Source of the DNA: a phage
DNA: 64,000 nucleotides
Strand: one strand, 5' to 3'
Sequence record: PV730299.1
Shown: piece after piece, positions 56,622 through 64,000 of the stretch
How the letters are laid out: every line of letters begins with the position of its first letter
How positions within the stretch are numbered: the first letter of the stretch is position 1
Notes under the pieces: generated by a model
Seen by the model: only the letters and a program-made list of their open reading frames with translations
Database searches by the model: none
Told to the model about the DNA's origin: nothing
Made by a program: the position numbers and the translations under genes

Positions 56622-57254
56622 ATGTACAAGTCTAATTTCCTTGCAGTTGCCGACAGCGAAACCCTGGGTCGCTGGGATGATGCAGTCATGTTGTCCTGGG
56701 CGCACACCATCGCTGACCTGACCAAGCGTTATACTCTTCAGCAGCTGGTTGAGGAGCGCACGACGTTCATTAAGCTGAATGTCAAAGAGCAGCTCGAACT
56801 TGGTCGCGTGAAGGACGCTGGGACAGTTGAATGGTGGCTGGGGGCGGGTAAACGTAACCCGTGTGATGCGGCTCGCGCCGTCAGTCTGTACCCGACTGAG
56901 CAGGACATCTCTATCTTCCAATTGGCCGATGAAATCCGCAAGGGTTGTCATCGTCTTGGGGTAGACCCGCGCTCGGTTGACTGGTGTGACCGTAACTTGT
57001 TCGATCTGCGCAAGGCTCAGCACATCATTGAGGTGACGTGTAAGCAGGACTCCAACGAGCCTTGGGATTACCACCACACCTTCGACATCGTGAGTTGGCT
57101 GAAGGGTGTTGGACAGCAGGATCGGTATGCTGGCATCAAGGCGTGGGAACTGGAAGGTATGGTCTATCACGACCCTCGTTATGACGCTGCGCTTGACTGG
57201 CTGCGTATTCAGAAGACCATGGAAGATCTGATGGGGCTGGAGGTTGTGGGATGA
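56622..57254 (+). CDS. DEDDh-type 3'-5' exonuclease (DexA-like)
   Basis: Exo I-like AVADSET and Exo III-like YHDPRYDAALDW; GAGGAGG RBS. Confidence 0.55.
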   Translation: MYKSNFLAVADSETLGRWDDAVMLSWAHTIADLTKRYTLQQLVEERTTFIKLNVKEQLELGRVKDAGTVEWWLGAGKRNPCDAARAVSLYPTEQDISIFQLADEIRKGCHRLGVDPRSVDWCDRNLFDLRKAQHIIEVTCKQDSNEPWDYHHTFDIVSWLKGVGQQDRYAGIKAWELEGMVYHDPRYDAALDWLRIQKTMEDLMGLEVVG

Positions 57255-57553
57255 TTGTATTCACTGTCATCGGTGTGATCGTAACAGCTGGGGTGTTCGC
57301 AGCCATATTGGGCTACCTGTACTTCATGTTCCTTCATCCGTTATTTCAGGCGTTCAGTCTCACGAATTGGTGCTTGGCCTGCCTAAAGGCCGACGGCGGC
57401 GTGAACACGGCCTCTCTTCCTTACTGGCGGCTGGTGGCGCATTACTACTCGGTCGGTGGCTGGCCTGGGGAAAGGACATGGAACTCTATCGGTGAGTGGT
57501 ATGGAATAGGTCGATGGCGTATATTCCCTGATGAAGACGATCAAGCCCCGTGA
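57251..57553 (+). CDS. membrane protein, 100 aa
   Basis: ATGA overlap; hydrophobic N-terminus; terminator overlaps stop. Confidence 0.5.
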   Translation: MIVFTVIGVIVTAGVFAAILGYLYFMFLHPLFQAFSLTNWCLACLKADGGVNTASLPYWRLVAHYYSVGGWPGERTWNSIGEWYGIGRWRIFPDEDDQAP

Positions 57554-57564
57554 GGGGCTTTTCT
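57544..57564 (+). terminator. rho-independent terminator overlapping stop codon of the 57251 gene
   Basis: Stem AGCCCC/GGGGCT, loop GTGA, then TTTTC. Confidence 0.6.
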
Positions 57565-57617
57565 ATATCCGGGATAGAGTATCATTGGTTTCACCAACGA
57601 ATCCTCGGGAAACTGTT

Positions 57618-57830
57618 ATGACTACAGAAAGAAGTTACAGAAAGAACTTCAATATCGAAGGGATTGAGTTCTACCACCATTACGCCCAGGACACCCATGG
57701 CACTGTATGCAACACATATATGCTTGACGGTCACCCTGTAAGTTCCGATGAGTTCTATCGTGTTTTGCGCGAGTCTACAGAAGAATCCCTGTCTTACATT
57801 ATCAATGCCAACGGATTGATTAAACCATGA
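57618..57830 (+). CDS. hypothetical protein, about 70 aa
   Basis: ORF-track start 57531 overlaps upstream gene and terminator; internal ATG 57618 chosen. Confidence 0.4.
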   Translation: MTTERSYRKNFNIEGIEFYHHYAQDTHGTVCNTYMLDGHPVSSDEFYRVLRESTEESLSYIINANGLIKP

Positions 57831-58516
57831 TCAACGTATCAATAAACGACCGTGATTTCGTTCGCGATGTTATGACAAACAACAAAGACCCTCTTGCGTA
57901 CAACGGGGAGAAGGTTACTCTGTTCTGGTCAGGCGGCGTGGACAGCACGTACATGCTATTCTGGCTGTTGGCTCACGGGTACGAAGTTCACACGATCTAC
58001 TGCGAACTGGAGAACAACTCCTTCAAGGTGAAGCGTGAGAACTGGGCGCGCAAGAAGATCAGGGAGTGGGTGACCACCAATTCACCGAGGTTGAACACTC
58101 ATTGGCATCACAGGGAAACCCCGATCAGCAAAATGAGCATCCAGTCTGGTGGGTTCCGGCCTTGTCTGGCTCAAGCCCCTGTATGGTTAGTGAACACTCA
58201 ATTCGTGGGCGGCCATTTTGATCGAGGACTGCCAAGAACTTATGTGATGGCATACGTCAACGGAGACGACGCTCTCCACTGGATTCCAGCCTTCAACAAG
58301 ATCGTGGAGGGTTATAACATGTTGGCCAAAGACGGACATGAGATCACCGTTCTCTTCCCTCTCGCCAGCATGAAGAAGACATGGTTCTACGAAGCCCTGA
58401 AACCGATCTATGGCCTGATGACCTGGTGTGAATATCCCGTTCTGAAAAAGAACTGTGATTGCCCCGCTTGTGTCCGCCACCGTCATGAACTTTCCGTGTT
58501 TGAGGGGAAACAATGA
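57827..58516 (+). CDS. PP-loop ATP pyrophosphatase, QueC-like
   Basis: LFWSGGVDST PP-loop motif; C-terminal CDCPACVRHRH resembles QueC zinc site. Confidence 0.6.
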   Translation: MINVSINDRDFVRDVMTNNKDPLAYNGEKVTLFWSGGVDSTYMLFWLLAHGYEVHTIYCELENNSFKVKRENWARKKIREWVTTNSPRLNTHWHHRETPISKMSIQSGGFRPCLAQAPVWLVNTQFVGGHFDRGLPRTYVMAYVNGDDALHWIPAFNKIVEGYNMLAKDGHEITVLFPLASMKKTWFYEALKPIYGLMTWCEYPVLKKNCDCPACVRHRHELSVFEGKQ

Positions 58517-58854
58517 AACCGTCTGTTGTGGTGAACGACATCACGAGATTGATAAACCTTGTCAAAGATGTGTTTCCACAACAGGTGGATGTCGAGTACG
58601 TGGGGAAGAACGGGAAGTGTTACCAGGTCGCTCTGTTGTTGAAGCACGTGTACCCTCAAGCAGAGATCCATTACAGTCAGATTGAAGGTCATGTGTATAC
58701 TCTGATTGATGGGCATTACTACGACATCGAAGGTATCCACTTCAGTGTCCCACCGGATACGTGTTTGCTCGAACACAACAGAGGCCATAAACCACATCGC
58801 TGGCATAAAGGGTTTGTGAACGTACCGATTTTAGAATGGTTGAGGAGACCATAA
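58513..58854 (+). CDS. hypothetical protein, 113 aa
   Basis: ATGA overlap. Confidence 0.5.
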   Translation: MKPSVVVNDITRLINLVKDVFPQQVDVEYVGKNGKCYQVALLLKHVYPQAEIHYSQIEGHVYTLIDGHYYDIEGIHFSVPPDTCLLEHNRGHKPHRWHKGFVNVPILEWLRRP

Positions 58855-59414
58855 TGGCGGGAATTGTGAAGTATCTGGGAGACACCCACCTCGGACACAA
58901 GAAGGTCTTCAAGCCCCGTGGGTTCGATACCCAAGAAGCGCATGATGCTGCAGTTATCGACAGTATCTTTCAGGGGCTGAAGTCCCGAGATGTCCTTGAA
59001 CTGGCTGGGGACATCTGCTTCATCGGGGCTGAGGGGGTCATTCGCCTGATGCGCGAGGGTGCCAAGCGGAATATTGATGAGTTCAAGCGCCGCCCGGTTC
59101 CCGATGACTGGCGACCGAACTTTATCATCAGGGTGGCGCAAGGCAACCATGACAGCTTCAAGATGTTGATGAAGCTGTATCAAGAGGGATGGATTAGCTC
59201 CTTTGGTGCGATGTATGAGCGTGATACTCCGGTTGGTCGTGTGCTGACCACTCACGTTCCTTATCAATTAGACCGCTGGGCGTATAATATCCATGGTCAT
59301 CTTCACAGTGAAATGCGTGAAGAGCGCGAATACCTGAACTGTAGTTGGGAACAATTCAAGCGCCCTGTAACCCTGTCTGAGTTGTTATACACCAATCTGG
59401 GGATTGAAATATGA
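58854..59414 (+). CDS. calcineurin-like metallophosphoesterase
   Basis: GDTHLGH, GNHD and GHLH motifs; start set to ATG 58854 with GAGGAG RBS. Confidence 0.6.
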   Translation: MAGIVKYLGDTHLGHKKVFKPRGFDTQEAHDAAVIDSIFQGLKSRDVLELAGDICFIGAEGVIRLMREGAKRNIDEFKRRPVPDDWRPNFIIRVAQGNHDSFKMLMKLYQEGWISSFGAMYERDTPVGRVLTTHVPYQLDRWAYNIHGHLHSEMREEREYLNCSWEQFKRPVTLSELLYTNLGIEI

Positions 59415-59611
59415 AAATTTATTTTTCTGGACAAAAAGTGCCTTATAAAGTGCAGAAGGTCACAATCACAGGCTACCGGAAAGGGGATCCATATCTGCGC
59501 TTCTCCTCTCCATGTATCTTGAAGCAAACTAAAACGGGTTATTATATCAGGCCGATTGTGTTGATTATTGGTGTGCTTTCCGTTTTAGCTCTGAAAGGAG
59601 TATTGTCATGA
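59411..59611 (+). CDS. small protein with C-terminal hydrophobic helix, 66 aa
   Basis: ATGA overlap. Confidence 0.4.
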   Translation: MKIYFSGQKVPYKVQKVTITGYRKGDPYLRFSSPCILKQTKTGYYIRPIVLIIGVLSVLALKGVLS

Positions 59612-59946
59612 AAAAGCCGCGTATTACAGGACACCAACTCTTGGTTCTCTACGGGATAGAGAACTTTGAGAAAGGTCATTACCGTTATGGTGAATGGTAC
59701 TTGCATCCCAAATCCTGGACCAATGACAAGGGCAACACCGTCTGGACGTTCCAGGTATGCCCGAACACTGGTGGTTTCACCTCCGTCAAAGGCGACCCAT
59801 GGGACACCCGCACAGGGGCTTCCCTGCTCGCCAAGGGGTTGATCGAACCAGCTGGCTCAATGGTTCATGACGGTTCTTACGTGAACTGGCCGAACACTGA
59901 GGTGACGTTCTATCGCCTGACCGAACTCGGTAAATCTTATCTCTGA
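59608..59946 (+). CDS. hypothetical protein, 112 aa
   Basis: ATGA overlap; terminator downstream. Confidence 0.5.
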   Translation: MKKPRITGHQLLVLYGIENFEKGHYRYGEWYLHPKSWTNDKGNTVWTFQVCPNTGGFTSVKGDPWDTRTGASLLAKGLIEPAGSMVHDGSYVNWPNTEVTFYRLTELGKSYL

Positions 59947-59969
59947 ATAAAGATTCAGCGGTTATTGAA

Positions 59970-60000
59970 GAAGGGGGAGTATATACTTCCCTTCGTTTAT
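59970..60000 (+). terminator. rho-independent terminator
   Basis: Stem GAAGGG/CCCTTC with palindromic AGTATATACT interior, then GTTTATT. Confidence 0.6.
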
Positions 60001-60015
60001 TAAGAGGAACCGGAA

Positions 60016-60330
60016 ATGACCCCATTAAAAGAAATGTATGAGCGTCTGGCTGAACTACAGGCGAAGGAAAAGCGCTTCTCAGAAGAAGAGTCTGAAATTG
60101 CCGAGCTGAACAACCTGATCGCCACTCGTGAGAAGTACCTGCAGCGCTACATTAATCACCCGCCGCGCATGGTAGACCGCGTCAGCACTATCATGGACCT
60201 GGATGAAGTTACTCCTGGCAAAGAAATCATTGTCAGGGAAGTCCACCAGATGGTCGCCATGGGTCAGATCTTTGGTCGTGCAGACCAAGACGACATGATC
60301 TTCCTCCTTGAAAAGAAACTGGTGATGTGA
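60016..60330 (+). CDS. hypothetical protein, 104 aa
   Basis: ORF track. Confidence 0.5.
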   Translation: MTPLKEMYERLAELQAKEKRFSEEESEIAELNNLIATREKYLQRYINHPPRMVDRVSTIMDLDEVTPGKEIIVREVHQMVAMGQIFGRADQDDMIFLLEKKLVM

Positions 60331-60836
60331 TGGCTATCAAACCCCGTATGTTATTTGCGCATATGCGCTCGGCTCATGCATACGCTCTGTCCAGCTATGC
60401 CCAGCGCCTGAAGGTCGGCTGTGTTATCGTTGACCCGCGTGTTGACCAGCCCCTGTCTATCGGTTGGAACGGGACTGCTCCTGGCGCTCCTAATGTCTGT
60501 GAGAAGGAAGTAGACGGTCAACTGGTATCGGTGGGTGTTATCCACGCCGAGGAGAATGCTCTGAGCAAACTCCCCCAGCACACCGAAGACTGTTGTGGTC
60601 TGGTGATGTTTGTCACTCATAGTCCATGCCCAGAGTGCACCCGTCGTATTATCGACAGTGGCAAGATCGCTAAAGTGTTCTATGACCGACCATATCGTAT
60701 CATAGACGGCATTATTGAAATGCTGGCTGCTGGGATTGAAGTATATCGCATGGTCGATCAGATTGTTGTAGTCCAGCATTCTGTGAAGAACGGCGAACTG
60801 GTATCCACCCCTGTTTTAGTGAACCCTGACAAATAA
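60330..60836 (+). CDS. cd: dCMP deaminase (cytidine/deoxycytidylate deaminase family)
   Basis: HAEENAL and SPCPECTRRI zinc-binding motifs; ATG overlaps upstream stop. Confidence 0.8.
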   Translation: MAIKPRMLFAHMRSAHAYALSSYAQRLKVGCVIVDPRVDQPLSIGWNGTAPGAPNVCEKEVDGQLVSVGVIHAEENALSKLPQHTEDCCGLVMFVTHSPCPECTRRIIDSGKIAKVFYDRPYRIIDGIIEMLAAGIEVYRMVDQIVVVQHSVKNGELVSTPVLVNPDK

Positions 60837-60846
60837 GGAATTTATC

Positions 60847-61254
60847 ATGCGTTATGTAGATCGTATGCTCGGCAAAGACGAGCACGTTATTGCCTTCACC
60901 CGCCCGACTTGGTGGAGCGGTTTTTGGATTTACGTTCTGGTTATTTTAACGTTTATCCCAACATTTGGATTCAGCTTGTTATTTCTGATACCAACAATTT
61001 TAAATGTATTGACAACTGAATTCGCTGTGACTAACAAGCGTGTCATCGTCAAACGTGGTTTCATCCGTCGTGATGCTGATGAGTTGCGCATCGGTAAGGT
61101 GGAAACAGTGAAGGTTGATCAGTCCATCACAGGCCGCATCTTGGGCTTCTCAACAATCAGCGTGATCGGTACGGGCGGCACCCGCCTGCTGGCCAAGGGT
61201 TGTGCTGGTGGTAATGCGTTCCGTCAGAAGATCTACGATCACCTAGAAGACTGA
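60847..61254 (+). CDS. membrane protein with bacterial PH-like domain
   Basis: Two hydrophobic helices then TNKRVIVKRGFIRRDADELRIGKVETV, typical of bPH membrane-flanked domains. Confidence 0.45.
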   Translation: MRYVDRMLGKDEHVIAFTRPTWWSGFWIYVLVILTFIPTFGFSLLFLIPTILNVLTTEFAVTNKRVIVKRGFIRRDADELRIGKVETVKVDQSITGRILGFSTISVIGTGGTRLLAKGCAGGNAFRQKIYDHLED

Positions 61255-61256
61255 TC

Positions 61257-61469
61257 ATGATCATTTCAGGTTACACCATCGATCTTTATTGTGAATGCTC
61301 AGATTGCAAGGCATGCAGTTGGGCTTGGGAAGAGCATCACCCCAAGTGCGGGTTCAAACAATACACTGGTGAGACTTGGGGTGAGTGTGTCAAACAGGCG
61401 CGAGCAGACGGCTGGCAAATTGGGCGCGACAGGCATACCTGTTACGCCCCTGGCCACAAGAGAAGTTAA
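61257..61469 (+). CDS. small Cys-rich protein, 70 aa
   Basis: Seven Cys and several His in 70 aa; ATGA overlap. Confidence 0.45.
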   Translation: MIISGYTIDLYCECSDCKACSWAWEEHHPKCGFKQYTGETWGECVKQARADGWQIGRDRHTCYAPGHKRS

Positions 61470-62080
61470 GGTAAGAGCAGTCCATCATCCCGCTCCGTTG
61501 GGGCGGGTTTAATCTCCTTCCGCATCTGTTCCTTCAGCACCCTGACACGCTCAGCATGGCGACGGTCTTGCATCTCCATATCCCGTTTCTTTTTCGACTT
61601 CAACTCAAACTGTTTACGAACATCCGGATCTTCACCCGGAACAAGATGCTCTTCGGTCCATATAATGAACTTCCAGTTCTTCTTGGCACACAGTTCGCGG
61701 GTGGCCTCCCACTTGGCAGAGTTGACCAACCAGGTTCGCATCGCATTGTTGAATGTCGACTCCTTCATGTTCGGAGTCTTCTTCGGCTGCTTGATCTGGT
61801 CTTTGGGCTTGATCTCAATGAGGGTGACCTGTAGTTCCTCTTGCCCTTCACGGCGCGTCCAGACCTTGAGGTCCATGAAGTAACGATGGGTGCGCCCGTC
61901 GACTGGGGAAATGTAAGGGATTACGGTCTCCTCACTAGACCACTTCACTATCGCGGAGTTCATATCACAGAACTTGAAAGCCACCAACTCCAACGAAGAG
62001 CGGAAGATGATGTTATTCACATTCCCCTGATACTTCTTGGGATTAACTGGGGTGTACTTCCCCTGAAGATAGTTGCTCAT
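61466..62080 (-). CDS. possible head completion protein (T4 gp4-like), PD-(D/E)XK-like
   Basis: N-terminal IIFRSSLEL ... KWSSEETVIPY ... RYFMDL ... LIEIKP from memory of the gp4 family; sits at late-module boundary with TTAAATA motif upstream. Confidence 0.4.
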   Translation of the reverse strand: MSNYLQGKYTPVNPKKYQGNVNNIIFRSSLELVAFKFCDMNSAIVKWSSEETVIPYISPVDGRTHRYFMDLKVWTRREGQEELQVTLIEIKPKDQIKQPKKTPNMKESTFNNAMRTWLVNSAKWEATRELCAKKNWKFIIWTEEHLVPGEDPDVRKQFELKSKKKRDMEMQDRRHAERVRVLKEQMRKEIKPAPTERDDGLLLP

Positions 62081-62089
62081 AATCTAGTC

Positions 62090-62096
62090 CTAAATA
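62090..62096 (+). promoter_or_regulatory. late-promoter-like motif CTAAATA
   Basis: 35 nt upstream of ATG 62131. Confidence 0.45.
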
Positions 62097-62112
62097 GCCA
62101 TAACACTCTATC

Positions 62113-62119
62113 TATTTAA
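62113..62119 (-). promoter_or_regulatory. late-promoter-like motif (TTAAATA variant)
   Basis: About 30 nt upstream of minus-strand ATG 62080; divergent from the promoter at 62090. Confidence 0.3.
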
Positions 62120-62130
62120 GGGCTGAGACC

Positions 62131-63099
62131 ATGGCCGACTTCAAGAAGACAATCGATAAGATCAAGGTTCTGAACACGAAGGGATTGTCCCAGGCTCAGA
62201 AGCAATTGTCTTATCCCCTGGACGTCACTGGGGGTAAGACATTAGGACACTATGTCCTATTCAACATCAACCGTATCTCCGGTTCATCTTATGGCAACAC
62301 GGCTACTCAGACTATCGAGAACCCAATACAGAACCCTCTGGGGAATACTCCTGTGGTCTATGGGTCCAAGTCTGGTTCCATCACCAAATATGCATGGGCG
62401 CGTCACGTTCGTTCAAACGAGTCTATCGTACTTTGTATGCCCGAGTCCATTACAACCAACTATGGCGTTGGCTGGAATGGTAGTGAGCTGGGGTTGGCTG
62501 GTATGGGGGCACAGTTCCTTTCCCGCGCCGCCCAAGACATGACTCAATTTAAACTGGGTGATGCGCTCAACGTCGGGAAGGAGATGGGGCGATTCGCTGC
62601 CACCAAGGCTATCCAATCTGCGTCGGAGGCTATTCCATTCCTGCCGAGCATTAACGCCCATGACACCCTTGAGTTGTTCACAGGCACCATGACCAACCCA
62701 TATGTGGAGATGATCTTCCAGGGTGTTCGCAACCGTGAGATTCCATTTACATTCAAATTCACGCCGCGATCTCAGAAGGAAGCCAAGATGGTCCGTGAGA
62801 TCATCCGCATGTTCAAGATGCACATGTACCCAGAGTACAAGTACAACAAGAATTCCAGCGCGTTTTACTTGCATCCTTCAACATTCGACATTACGTTCAT
62901 GGTCAATGGGGAGCGTAACCAGTGGCTGCACCGCATCTCCACTTGTGTACTTTCCAACATGTTCGTCAACGAGACGCCGGACAGTTCATACGCGGTTCAC
63001 AAAGATGATGGTATCGTGTCCACGCAGGTTGACATGACCTTCATCGAACTGGAGCCTCTACACAAAGGGCGCTTTGAAACCGAAGGCGATAGCTTCTAA
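62131..63099 (+). CDS. late structural protein, 322 aa (baseplate/tail-associated candidate)
   Basis: CTAAATA motif 35 nt upstream. Confidence 0.55.
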   Translation: MADFKKTIDKIKVLNTKGLSQAQKQLSYPLDVTGGKTLGHYVLFNINRISGSSYGNTATQTIENPIQNPLGNTPVVYGSKSGSITKYAWARHVRSNESIVLCMPESITTNYGVGWNGSELGLAGMGAQFLSRAAQDMTQFKLGDALNVGKEMGRFAATKAIQSASEAIPFLPSINAHDTLELFTGTMTNPYVEMIFQGVRNREIPFTFKFTPRSQKEAKMVREIIRMFKMHMYPEYKYNKNSSAFYLHPSTFDITFMVNGERNQWLHRISTCVLSNMFVNETPDSSYAVHKDDGIVSTQVDMTFIELEPLHKGRFETEGDSF

Positions 63100-63110
63100 G
63101 AGAGGATGCC

Positions 63111-63665
63111 ATGAAATATTTTGAGAAGTTTCCACTTGTTTGGCATCAATTGCAAGATGTCCAAGAGAATGATCAGGTGCTGTTACAGAATTTAACGCGC
63201 CGGGTGATGATCTTACAGAAAATTAAGGACATCGAAGGGCTTCTCCTGCCGTATACGATCCAAGATGGGGAAACCCCAAGGTCTTTCGCAGAACGCGTTT
63301 ACGGATCCTTCGAGTTGTTTTGGATACCTTGTCTGATAAACGGCATCATGGACATCAATAAGGACTGGCCGAAACCGGAACGCCGTATTGTTGAAGAACT
63401 GACTGCAGATTACGGCATCGATGGTATGTGGGATACAGCCTATTATGTCGACCAGTTCAACAATGTGACCGACGCCCGTGCTATCAAATTTGCATATAAC
63501 CTAGACCTAGATGAGCCGTCCATAATTGCTAACTATGGTCTGACGGCAGTTTCATACCATGATGATGCAATCAGTAAGAATGAAGCCAAACGGAACATCC
63601 AAGTACTCGACCCAGATTATGTGTCTTCGTTTGTCAATCAGCTGGAGCAGGAGTTGGCGAAATGA
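63111..63665 (+). CDS. late structural protein, 184 aa
   Basis: AGAGAGGA RBS. Confidence 0.55.
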   Translation: MKYFEKFPLVWHQLQDVQENDQVLLQNLTRRVMILQKIKDIEGLLLPYTIQDGETPRSFAERVYGSFELFWIPCLINGIMDINKDWPKPERRIVEELTADYGIDGMWDTAYYVDQFNNVTDARAIKFAYNLDLDEPSIIANYGLTAVSYHDDAISKNEAKRNIQVLDPDYVSSFVNQLEQELAK

Positions 63666-64000
63666 TCGAAAACAGAGAGACCCAAGACGGTATTGTAACA
63701 CCGTCAACAACATTTGACCTGAAGTATATGGCGATACTCCCTCATACACCCCAGGGCGGATCACCAACGCCATATGACCTGACGGCGTTGTTTGAGGAGT
63801 TCAACGTCTTCCAGGATCTGGGTCTTGAAGGGAAGTCATCTCCATCACTTACAGCCAATGTCTTGATAAAAGAAGGGTGGGACATTCTTGACACAATGCC
63901 TATCTTGGGTGGTGAAGAAGTTGTGGTGTCATTCAAGAGTCCGGCGGCCTCGGAATATACCACTCTCTCCCTGCGCGTAGCGCGTGTTGGGCGCGTAGCT
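63662..64000 (+). CDS. late structural protein, N-terminal 113 codons only (gene continues beyond window end)
   Basis: ATGA overlap with upstream stop; open frame to window end. Confidence 0.45.
   Translation, partial: MIENRETQDGIVTPSTTFDLKYMAILPHTPQGGSPTPYDLTALFEEFNVFQDLGLEGKSSPSLTANVLIKEGWDILDTMPILGGEEVVVSFKSPAASEYTTLSLRVARVGRVA

Noticed and set aside
56307-57170. 287-aa minus-strand ORF
   Set aside because: Antisense to the macro domain and exonuclease genes
57531-57617. ORF-track start at 57531 for the 57531-57830 ORF
   Set aside because: That start overlaps the upstream gene and a rho-independent terminator; internal ATG at 57618 used instead
1-64000. CRISPR arrays, integrase/attachment sites, transposon ends
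   Set aside because: No direct repeat-spacer arrays, recombinase motifs or terminal inverted repeats seen; the only repeat families are the inter-tailspike segments and the in-gene tandem repeats

Overview
Gene-dense segment of a large T4-like dsDNA phage genome, read by eye from the sequence and ORF track; no database search or computation was possible. Layout: (1) 1-23.5 kb, late structural module on the minus strand: gp6-like baseplate wedge protein, a fibre-like protein with tandem repeats, four consecutive tailspike genes sharing an N-terminal anchor module, and a ~1612-aa structural protein. Transcription units are preceded by a CTAAATA(CCCC) motif resembling the T4 late promoter TATAAATA. 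(2) 23.8-61.4 kb, plus-strand early/middle region: two tRNAs (CAT and GCT anticodons) beside a 1.8-kb ORF-poor stretch, gp43-like family-B DNA polymerase, rIIA/rIIB-like pair, fused gp39/60-like and gp52-like topoisomerase II subunits, dCMP deaminase, a GIY-YIG homing endonuclease, and many small genes joined by ATGA overlaps. (3) 61.5-64 kb, start of another late module. Most interesting candidates: two clusters of enzymes that could modify nucleotides or DNA bases (fold-type II PLP enzyme, HAD phosphatase, P-loop kinase, QueC-like PP-loop ATPase, metallophosphoesterase, MazG-like NTPase); NADAR and macro domain proteins (ADP-ribose removal, possible anti-defence); and a repeat family between the tailspike genes. 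Four tailspikes on a T4-like core suggest, by inference only, an Ackermannviridae (ViI/CBA120-like) phage. ORF-track starts that are TTG/GTG were moved to the first ATG with a plausible RBS where noted.
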